Origin: Pelagomonas calceolata
Lineage: Eukaryota
Reading direction: 5' to 3'
Assembly: GCA_918797485.1 (NCBI GenBank)
Contig: CAKKNE010000002.1
Location: forward strand, 3,286,001 to 3,350,000
Length of the DNA: 64,000 nt
Shown here: positions 20,489 to 28,550 of the stretch, piece by piece
How positions within the stretch are numbered: position 1 is the first letter of the stretch
How the letters are laid out: each line of letters starts with the position of its first letter
Made by a program: the position numbers and the translations under genes
Notes under the pieces: model-generated
The model's input: the letters and a program-made list of their open reading frames with translations, nothing else
Database searches by the model: none
Told to the model about the DNA's origin: nothing

Positions 20489-21616
20489 TTACCGCACCTG
20501 CCCCGACCGCACGGACACGACCTCGGGCCACGCCATTCGGAGCGGCGCCTCCTCGCCTCCGTCGGACTCGGACGACGTCGACGCGGCGTCGTCGTCGACG
20601 GCCTCGCAGCCGAGCGCCTCGCCGAGCCGATCCCGGACGTCGTCCGCGTCGTCGTCTTCGCCCACGACTACCGCCCCCGCGACGGCGTGGACGCCGAACG
20701 CCAGCGGTTTTGGTTTTGGTTCCGTCGCCCAGCGGAGGCCCGCGGCGCCGCGGAGCTTCGTCGCGACCTCCTCGGCCGCGTCGAGGCCATTTCGGCGGCC
20801 TCGCAAACCAACACTGAGCTCGACGACGCGGACGGTCGTCGATGGTTGCCGTGCTTTGATTCGCTCGTCGACCGCTCGCCACAGCGCGGCCCAGTCCGCG
20901 ACTCGTTGGCCCGCGGTCAAAGCGTCGTCGCCGACGGCGAGCGTCTCATGTTCACACCGGAGGCGCAGGCAGAACGGCACGAGCGTCGCTCGTTCCGTCG
21001 ACGCGGGCGCCGCGTCGACGCTCCATGCGCCGTCGCACGCGCGCTCGACCAACGAGCGAACATGGCCCTGGAGCATGCTGACTAATACAAAGCATCCACC
21101 GGGCCTGAGCACGCGCCTTAACGTCGCGAAGAGCTTCCCGACGCTCCTCCGACTCGCGTCGTCGTCGCGCGGGTGCAGCGCGTCCACGAGGCCCTTATCA
21201 AAAATAACGTCGACGCTCGCGTCGGACACGCCCGGCAGGGCCAGCGCGTCCATCACTTCAAAGTCGAGCGCGACGAGGTCGGTCGACTGCTGCGCCGCGC
21301 GGCTCCGGGTCACGCACTCCTCGCTCACGTCGACGCTGAGCACGCGGAGTTTGTGCGGCCCCCGCCATCGCTCCGCAAGCCCTCGCGGCACCTCGCACGT
21401 GCCGCACCCCAGATTCACGACGAGCCGCTCGCCGTCGCTGCTGTTGACATCAGCCAGCGCCGCGTCGACGAGCGCGGCGCCGCGCGCGCCGTCGACGTAC
21501 CAGTGGAAGACCGCGTCGCCGCGCTTCCGGTAGAAGGCGTCCCAGTAGTCGACGGTCCCGAACTCGTCGGCGGACCTGGGCAGCAGGTCCCGCGCGGCCT
21601 CGGAGAGCTCGGACAT
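20489..21616 (-). CDS. SAM-dependent protein-lysine methyltransferase (METTL13/eEF1A-KMT-like) with a C-terminal eEF1B-like domain
   Basis: FGTVDYWDAFY..FHWY, VNLGCG, DVIFDKGLVDAL, RVLRPGG; C-terminal GLRWA..KPKPLAFGVHAV. Confidence 0.8.
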   Translation of the reverse strand: MSELSEAARDLLPRSADEFGTVDYWDAFYRKRGDAVFHWYVDGARGAALVDAALADVNSSDGERLVVNLGCGTCEVPRGLAERWRGPHKLRVLSVDVSEECVTRSRAAQQSTDLVALDFEVMDALALPGVSDASVDVIFDKGLVDALHPRDDDASRRSVGKLFATLRRVLRPGGCFVLVSMLQGHVRSLVERACDGAWSVDAAPASTERATLVPFCLRLRCEHETLAVGDDALTAGQRVADWAALWRAVDERIKARQPSTTVRVVELSVGLRGRRNGLDAAEEVATKLRGAAGLRWATEPKPKPLAFGVHAVAGAVVVGEDDDADDVRDRLGEALGCEAVDDDAASTSSESDGGEEAPLRMAWPEVVSVRSGQVR

Positions 21617-21824
21617 GTCTTTGCACGCGTCTTTTTATGAGCTCTCTGATCTGTGAGCGGCTTGCAGTGGCGTGCAGCTGGCAGCGAGTGGTGCAGCGTT
21701 GCAGCCGCAGCGATGGCGGTCGCTGTGCCACGCAGGCCGGTCCAGGCGTAAGATGCAGCTCTGGTACTCCCGTTGCGCACCGCGACAAACCAAAAGGACA
21801 TCGACGATTATATTAGGCACGCAG

Positions 21825-21846
21825 TTAGCGTACTGTAACACACTAG
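21825..21846. promoter_or_regulatory. Recurrent intergenic motif variant TTAGCGTACTGTAACACACTAG
   Basis: Between divergent starts at 21616 and 21967. Confidence 0.55.
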
Positions 21847-21966
21847 CAAGCTCTCAGATCGTCGGATTGCGGAGCTTTTCGCACCTCCTCTCCTCCCATA
21901 ACGCAGCCCCCGACGCGTAAGGGTGGCCCCGAGCACCGGCGGGGCAGCCCCGCCTGAGACTAGAAC

Positions 21967-23075
21967 ATGGAAGAGGAAAGTATGATGATGCCCGTGCGGC
22001 CGCCGCGGGGCATGACGGCGCGCCAGGTGACGATGTTACGGCGCCTCTACACCATGCACATCGAGCAGCAGGAAGCCATTTTCGCGCAGCCGCCCTCACC
22101 GGCGCCGGCGCCGGAAGCGGTGGTCACGGCGACGCGCGCCGAGGCGCGGAAGGCGACGTGCCGCATCTGTTTCTCCGAGACCTACGCGCCGGACGGCCGC
22201 GAGCGTTCTGATGAACAGCCGCGGCCGGAAACGATGGTTGCGCCGTGCAAGTGCGACGGCTCGCTGAAGTGGGTCCACGTCGGGTGTTTGCGGCGGTGGC
22301 AGCGGCAGATCGGCCGCGACAACGCCGGGGCCCTGCCGGCGATCCCGCGGGGCCCGCCACAACGCCCGGGCGGCGGCGCGGCGCGGGCGACGACGTGCAA
22401 CGTCTGCAACGCGCCGTTCGCGCTCGCGCCGCCGCGCGCGAAGGACATGTGGGAGGATTTGAGAGCTGGGTGCCTGCTCGTGGCGCGGGACCACGACCGC
22501 TTCTCGGAGAAGGGCGGCTTCCGGAAGAGCGTGATTTTGGTGTTGGAGCTGACGCGGACGCAGGCCGTGGGCGTGTGCCTCGCGAGCGCGCTCGGCGAGA
22601 CGGCCGCGCGCCAGGGACCCATGTGGAAGGACGTGGACGACGACGTGAAGGCCGCCGCGGAGGAGGCCGCTTCCAGTACAATCCACTGGCGGCGGGGCGG
22701 ACCCGTGGGCGGCGGGCGCATCGGCGCGCCGCGCTTCCTCGTCGTCGGCGGCGCCGGCGAGACGCTGCGCCTCGACGACGGGTCCGCGGTCGACGTCCTG
22801 GGCGGCCTCCGGGCCGACGACCTGCCCGAGGCGCTGGCGGAGGCGGACCACGCCGTGGCGGCGCGGACCCGGGCGTGAAAATTGAAACCGCCTCCGACGC
22901 TTTTTGCGCCGCGCAGGTCTATAAGGGCTACTGCCGATGGGGCCGCCAGCAACTCGCGCAGGAGTTCGAGGGAGGTGACTGGGACATCGTGCCGAGCGAG
23001 CGCGGCGACGTGGCGCCACAGCTAATTGGCGAGGGCCTCTGGACACGGTGTAGGAGACGAATAAACACATCATGA
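21967..23075 (+). CDS. RING-CH (RINGv) zinc finger plus DUF179/AlgH-like domain protein, one intron
   Basis: CRICF...PCKCDGSLKWVHVGCLRRW...CNVC; GCLLVA..FRKSVILV..GGPV; after the intron VYKGYCRWGRQQLAQE..GDW. Confidence 0.8.
22855..22916 (+). other. Spliceosomal intron (62 nt GT-AG; alternative in-frame GC donors at 22858 and 22861)
   Basis: Removing it joins ...ADHA to VYKGYCRWG in phase 0 and skips the stop at 22876; ends TTTTTGCGCCGCGCAG. Confidence 0.7.
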
Positions 23076-23846
23076 GTAAATTACGAGGAACACCATGACT
23101 ATCAGCACGACGGTCAGCGCGACGATGGTCCAGAGCTGGCACGTGTCCTTCGTTTTCAATAGCTTGGAGAGCTTGCCCATGACGAAGTTCATCTTCTCGG
23201 TCGTCTCGTCGAGCTCGTCCTCCATGTCGTCGAGCATCCTAGCTTGCGCGCTCAGTTCTCCGTGGATCTCCTCGGCCATGCCGTGGATGCGGTCGACGGC
23301 GCCGTCGAGCTGCTCCAAGCCCTCGTCCTGCTCCTGGATGGTCGCCGCCACGCGCGCGTGGGACGAGTGGATGAAGGCCGTGTTCTGCATCTCGAGGTCG
23401 CCACTGGCATCGTACGCGCCCCGCTGCGACGCTAAAGCAGCTTGCTCGTCGGCCTCGATCTTCGCGCGCGCGCGCGGGCCCGCGACGGCGTCTCGAGCGG
23501 ACGCGACGTCGCGCTTGGCCTTGTCGACGAAGGCTTTGCGCTGGTTCAGCTCCGCGTCGTTGATGTGAGGGAACGCGCCACGGTCGCGTTCGACGTATTC
23601 CACTGTTAAAGCTAAATCTCTCAGCTGCGCCTCGGCGGCGCGCACCTCGCGCGCGACGGCCTTTTTGGCTTCCCGAAACCTGGGGTTCCCGTGCGTCGTG
23701 CCGCTGCCATATAATAGGGTAGTGAACGTCGCGACGCGGCCCTCGATGGACCGCAATTTCACCACCAACTCGTCCTTCACGACGTGGAAGGGGTCGCCGC
23801 CGGCCGACGCCATGAGCGGCACCGACGCGAGCGGGTCGTTGGACAT
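23070..23846 (-). CDS. Syntaxin-6/SYP61-like Qc-SNARE
   Basis: DPFHVVKDE N-terminal domain, QDEGLEQL SNARE motif, C-terminal TM helix. Confidence 0.9.
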   Translation of the reverse strand: MSNDPLASVPLMASAGGDPFHVVKDELVVKLRSIEGRVATFTTLLYGSGTTHGNPRFREAKKAVAREVRAAEAQLRDLALTVEYVERDRGAFPHINDAELNQRKAFVDKAKRDVASARDAVAGPRARAKIEADEQAALASQRGAYDASGDLEMQNTAFIHSSHARVAATIQEQDEGLEQLDGAVDRIHGMAEEIHGELSAQARMLDDMEDELDETTEKMNFVMGKLSKLLKTKDTCQLWTIVALTVVLIVMVFLVIYS

Positions 23847-24098
23847 AGACGCGCGGCCCGCGCCGCGCCTGGTGGGCGTCGCCGACGCGGTGCCTCCCGT
23901 CGCGCGCGCGCTCGCGCGGCTCCCAGCTGGCCACCACCCCTGGTGGCTGCTTGTGAAGCTCGCAGCCGCTCGTGCGAAGCCCGCGCTCGTATCCGGAGGC
24001 GACGGCTGGTTGTTAGCTCTCAGTAGACGAGCCCTGCGAGCCTGAGACGCCTGGCAATTGCCAAAAACTGCCGAGGCGTGCGCACATTTCAGCAGGAA

Positions 24099-24119
24099 CT
24101 AGCGGCTGTAAGACACTAG
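24099..24119. promoter_or_regulatory. Recurrent intergenic motif copy CTAGCGGCTGTAAGACACTAG
   Basis: Between divergent starts at 23846 and 24298. Confidence 0.65.
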
Positions 24120-24297
24120 CAAGCTCCTTTGCAACCCTTCTCTGGACCCCGTTGCCCCGACGTCTCTTCGACCGCAAGGCGCGCCAACTTGTAGCGGCGT
24201 ATAACGTTCGGGTTCAGACTGTTTGGGCGCGTTTCACAAAAAAATCGCGGCGGGGCAGCAGGACCGCAGCCCTCGGCTGCGTACCGAATTAGTAACG

Positions 24298-26169
24298 ATG
24301 GCCGCCCCACCGCTCCAGTGCCAGGCCGTGCTCCACCAGGCCGCGCACCGCGGGATCGACCTACAAAGGTGGTTCGGACCGGCGGTGATTCCAAGTGGCG
24401 ACTTCGAGAAGAAGATGATGGGCCTGGGTTTGGGCGTGGCGGCGGGCCTGCCGGCCGAGGCGGCCCAGTGCGTGGAGCGCGGGCTGGCGCGCGGCGCGCT
24501 GGACGAAGCCGTAGCCGCGGCGGCCGCGGGTGATGATCAGGTGGACGTGGCCAAGCTCCTGAGCCTCGCCAAGGTTTCGGTAGGACGACCGCCGGCGCGC
24601 CAGAAGCCCTGGACCGCGCCGCGGCCGAGGACGGCGCCGGTGCCGTCTTCTCGGAAAGCTGCGACGGCGCTGGCTGCGACCGAGCTCCAGCGGCAGAAGG
24701 TGACGCCGTCGAGACTAAGAGGTTTGAAGGTAGCTCTACGGAGATCCGGCGAGACCATCGACGTCGATGCGTTACAGAAAGCTTTGGGGACACAAAACCT
24801 GCGGCTGAGGGACGCGAACGCCGCCGCTCTTGTGAGAGAGGCGGCGTGGCGGTCCCAGAACAATGAAGAGGGCGCGCCGACGAAGGCGCCGCTCATAGGC
24901 ATCATCTCCCTGGTCGAGGACCTCTTCGCGCCCTCGGAAAAGCCGCCCGCCCCCTCCTACGAGGCCTGGAAGAAGCATAAGGACGAGGCCCAGAAGGGCC
25001 GAGCTAGAATTCAATTCCGACGGGCCTTGGGTGGCTTATCTCATGCGTTAGATGCCCCGGAGCTGAAGGACATGCTTCTGAAATATCAAGTGTTGAACGA
25101 AGACGCGTTGACGGAGGAGATCCGGGCCTCAGCGAGGGAGTGGGCGCGGTCGCCGGACGGCCACTTTGCGCAGCTCAAGGCGGGCCTGAAGAATAGTGAT
25201 AGTGACGTCGAGGAGGGCCGGCGGAAAGTTCTGAGAGATCTCGAACAGAAGACCGGTTTTGTGACTCTAGAAACGTGGAAGCGCTACGAACTGGCTCTGA
25301 AACGACGGGACGCCTGCGAAGGACCGCTACCCTTCGAGACCTACCTCGCGTCGATCAAAGCAGAAAGGCAGAAGGCCGAGAAGGTTGTCGAGGAGTGGAC
25401 GAAGAGCAAAGACGAGGAAGAGAAGCTGCGGAAGGAGGATAGGATGCGCCGCGCGCCCGTCGACAAGGTGGTCGACGAGATGCGGTCGCTATATGATCAA
25501 GCCCACGATGAGCTGGACGGCCAATACAAGGCTTCGCGGATCTGCCCCTCGATCGAAGCGAAGCTGCGAGGATTCACCGAAAAAGCGCAAAATGGACTCG
25601 TGACGAAGGCCCAGTTCGACGACACCTTCGGCAAGGAGGCCTTTTCGTTGTTGGCAGACAAGCGCGTCGCGCCGAAGGCGTTGGCGCTGGCCGATGCGTC
25701 GGTGCGGCAGTCTATTACCGCAAGAAGATCTAGTGGCGAGAAGCCCACGTCCGAGGTCTTCGGCATGTCGTCGGAAGAAGCCTCGAAGCACGCGAAAGAG
25801 CTGTCGGAAAAGAAAGAAAACGAAACGAACGAAGAGTACACGAAGTGGGTCGCGGCGAAAGCTGAAGAGCGCAAGAAAAATCTCAAGGCGCGCAAGGAGA
25901 AGGCCAAAGCTTTAAAGCAGGGCCTGGACTCGACGCGCTCCGACGTCGAGGCGAAGCTGACGGCGTGGCGCAAGGCCCAGGCCAAAGCCTCGAAGGCCCT
26001 GAAGAAGCGCGCGGCCTACACCGGCGACGACGCGGAGACGATTACCAAATTAGAGGACGCCGTCGACGCGGCGAACAAGCTGCGGGCGGAGACCGGCGTC
26101 GCGGCGACCGCGGCGACGAAGCGGTGGAAGGCCCTCAAGAGCGCGCGGAAGGTCGCGCGGGGGAAGTAA
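24298..26169 (+). CDS. Hypothetical Lys/Glu-rich coiled-coil protein
   Basis: Long ORF with typical codon usage; first ATG at 24298. Confidence 0.7.
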   Translation: MAAPPLQCQAVLHQAAHRGIDLQRWFGPAVIPSGDFEKKMMGLGLGVAAGLPAEAAQCVERGLARGALDEAVAAAAAGDDQVDVAKLLSLAKVSVGRPPARQKPWTAPRPRTAPVPSSRKAATALAATELQRQKVTPSRLRGLKVALRRSGETIDVDALQKALGTQNLRLRDANAAALVREAAWRSQNNEEGAPTKAPLIGIISLVEDLFAPSEKPPAPSYEAWKKHKDEAQKGRARIQFRRALGGLSHALDAPELKDMLLKYQVLNEDALTEEIRASAREWARSPDGHFAQLKAGLKNSDSDVEEGRRKVLRDLEQKTGFVTLETWKRYELALKRRDACEGPLPFETYLASIKAERQKAEKVVEEWTKSKDEEEKLRKEDRMRRAPVDKVVDEMRSLYDQAHDELDGQYKASRICPSIEAKLRGFTEKAQNGLVTKAQFDDTFGKEAFSLLADKRVAPKALALADASVRQSITARRSSGEKPTSEVFGMSSEEASKHAKELSEKKENETNEEYTKWVAAKAEERKKNLKARKEKAKALKQGLDSTRSDVEAKLTAWRKAQAKASKALKKRAAYTGDDAETITKLEDAVDAANKLRAETGVAATAATKRWKALKSARKVARGK

Positions 26170-26187
26170 TGATTCAACTATACAATC

Positions 26188-28197
26188 TTAGGCGAGCCAG
26201 CCCCGGCTGCGGCAGTAGTCGAGGTTCCGCGCGCAGAGGCACTCTTCCGGGATGTACCACTTCCTCCGACTCCCGTCGAAGCGCGCGCCGACCTCGCGCT
26301 TCACTTCCTCGTTCTTGGAGAAGGGGTGGCAGAGGTACCGCTTGGACCCAGTCACGCGGACCCATGGCGCAAACTTCTTGCGGTCGCCGCCCTCCGGAGC
26401 CATCCAATTTCTTGTCGCCGCGTTCCACCAGGCGCCCAGGGCCTTTACCGTCTCCCGTTTCTCGTAGGACACGCCCAGCGGCGTCGCCTCGGCATACTCT
26501 TCGTCGTCGTCCTCCTCTTCCTCCTCTTCCTCCTGCTCCTGCGGCGCCTCCTGGACCTCCTCCGCGCCATCGGAGTCGCTGTCGCCGCCGCCCGCGCGCA
26601 GCAATTTGACGTACGCCGCCACCAGTTCGGACTTTTCTACCATTCCGACCGTCGACACGCCGCGCGCCGCCAAAACAGCCTTGAGGTCCTTGGTGGGCAT
26701 CGCCCTCACTCGCGCCTCGACGTCGCCGTCGCCGCTGCTGTCGCCATCGTTGCTGCCGTCGCCGTCGCGGTAGCTCCCGCCGTCGTCGGCGGCGCCGACG
26801 CCAGCGCTATCATCATCATCATCATCGCACGACGCCTGCCCACCGTCGTCCTGCGTGACCTTGGGCCGCAGGACCCGGTTCACGTAGTCCGTCTGCTGCG
26901 ACGCGTGCTCCTCCAAGCAGAACGGCTCTGTCATGTACTTGCCGTAGTCGCCGCGCCGCACAGCGCGACTGAAGTTGTCGACGGGCTGGCAGTAGCCGTC
27001 GCGGAAGCCATTTTCCGACGAGCCGTACTTGGGCTTGCCGCGCCAGCGGCAGCAGGCGCACGTCATCAGCTCGCGGCCGCGCAGCTCCCGCGGCCGGTCC
27101 GCGTCGTCCTCCGACTCGGCGGCCGACGAGTCCGCGTCCGCGTCCGCGGACGCGTCCGAGCTCGCGCCCGAGCCGGTGCGCGCGCGGACGTTCTCGGCGT
27201 CGACGAAGACGGTACGCGCGCGGACCATTTCGGGGTCGACGACGTTGCACTTGTCGCGGTCCGCCCCGGTCCACCGGACCTCGTATTTGCGTGCCAGGAC
27301 CCGTTCGATCGTCGCGTCGTACCACGTCTCCCCCCAGCCCGGGCACTGCGCCTCGACCTCGTCGCCGACGGCAAAGCGCCCTCCCGCGGCGCCCTCGGCG
27401 GCCTTGGCACCCCCGCCGAAGTCGAACTCCTCCTCGGGGTCGCCGTCTTCTCCAGCAGCCCGCCGCCGCGCCTCCGCCGCCGCCACCGCCTCGTCGTCGT
27501 CGTCGCTAAAGTCGCCCGCCAGGTTGCGCCGGACATCGTCGTCGTCGTCGGCCTCGTCCCGCGGCTGGCGCCGCCGCTTCTTCTTCCGCGGCGCCGGCGG
27601 CGGCGCGGCCTCGGCCTCGTCGTCGCTGCTCGCGATGAAGTCGTCCTTCTCGTAGCCGTGGCTCTTCTCCTTCCGGGGGCGCCGCTTCGTTTTCTTCTTC
27701 CGCGACGGCGTGCGGTGGCGCGCCGCGTCGTCCTCGTCGTCGTCGCTGGCGGCGACGGGATCGTCGTCGTCGACGACGAAGCCGTCGTCGGAGCCGTAGC
27801 CGCTCCGCCGCCGCCCGCTCCGCCGCCGCTTGCCGCGCTTCGGCGTCCGCGGCGGCGGCGCGGCCTCGTCACTATCGTCCTCGTCGTCGGGGCTCGGCTG
27901 GCGGCGCGGCGACAGCGGCGGCGCGGCCTCGCCGCCGCCGCCGACGAAGGGGGACGCGTCCTCGCCAGTATCGGGCTCGGCCGCCGCCGCCGCCGCCGTC
28001 GACCCGCGCCGGCCTGCGAAGTAGGCCATGTAGCTCGTGTCGGTGTCCTGCCCTTGCGCCGGCGTCGACTCCTGGCTGCAGAGGTCGAACGCGTTGCCGC
28101 TGGCCTCGGCCGCGGCGCGGTCGCGCTCGCGCGCGGCGTCGGCGTCGAGCGTACCGGTGAACTGCACCTCGTCGTCGTCGGACGAGAGGCCGTCCAT
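26188..28197 (-). CDS. Acidic, probably nuclear protein with Tudor-like, Zn-ribbon-like, SAP-like and two DUF5710-like domains
   Basis: VGDEVEAQCPGWGETWYDATI; CACC..NFSR..FC; MPTKDLKAVLAARGVSTVGMVEKSELV; LGVSYEKRETVKALGAWWN and YLCHPFSKNEEVKREVGARFDGSRRKWY. Confidence 0.75.
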   Translation of the reverse strand: MDGLSSDDDEVQFTGTLDADAARERDRAAAEASGNAFDLCSQESTPAQGQDTDTSYMAYFAGRRGSTAAAAAAEPDTGEDASPFVGGGGEAAPPLSPRRQPSPDDEDDSDEAAPPPRTPKRGKRRRSGRRRSGYGSDDGFVVDDDDPVAASDDDEDDAARHRTPSRKKKTKRRPRKEKSHGYEKDDFIASSDDEAEAAPPPAPRKKKRRRQPRDEADDDDDVRRNLAGDFSDDDDEAVAAAEARRRAAGEDGDPEEEFDFGGGAKAAEGAAGGRFAVGDEVEAQCPGWGETWYDATIERVLARKYEVRWTGADRDKCNVVDPEMVRARTVFVDAENVRARTGSGASSDASADADADSSAAESEDDADRPRELRGRELMTCACCRWRGKPKYGSSENGFRDGYCQPVDNFSRAVRRGDYGKYMTEPFCLEEHASQQTDYVNRVLRPKVTQDDGGQASCDDDDDDSAGVGAADDGGSYRDGDGSNDGDSSGDGDVEARVRAMPTKDLKAVLAARGVSTVGMVEKSELVAAYVKLLRAGGGDSDSDGAEEVQEAPQEQEEEEEEEDDDEEYAEATPLGVSYEKRETVKALGAWWNAATRNWMAPEGGDRKKFAPWVRVTGSKRYLCHPFSKNEEVKREVGARFDGSRRKWYIPEECLCARNLDYCRSRGWLA

Positions 28198-28550
28198 CTC
28201 TATCTAGCTCTTCCAAGTGGAACAGTCAACTTGCTCCGTGTTGAGCGCAAACAAGCGGTTTTTCTTGTGACCGCTGGCTGTGAGGAGTCCGCACGAGTGC
28301 TTCGCTGCCTTGCCACCACGTGGGCCCACGAATGCGGCCTATATGGACAGCGCTGGAGCAGCGCTTTGGCAGAGGCCTCAGATCGAGAGCCGCACCTTCA
28401 CGCAGCCGGATATGCGTCTGGAACCGTGCAGAGAGCTCTGCCAGCGGATCCCGCGGCCTGCCAAGCCGCATCGTGCTAGTCGATGCCGCGACATTTTTTG
28501 GAGGTTGCCTGTGGTGTGCCCATGCGGACGAAGGCTAAGCCTGGAACACA

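Noticed and set aside
18559..20817. Long alternative-frame and antisense ORFs (also 13783-15324, 26326-28479, 38572-39897, 44484-45770, 50914-52236)
   Set aside because: They are Arg/Gly/Ala-rich shadows of real genes caused by high GC3 and scarce stop codons, with no domain motifs.
28198..28550. Motif copies in the remaining divergent gaps (also 1537-1957, 37046-37481, 46499-46795, 50247-50880, 62856-63283)
   Set aside because: Only isolated CTAG or weak partial matches were seen, so they were not counted. The motif is not universal.
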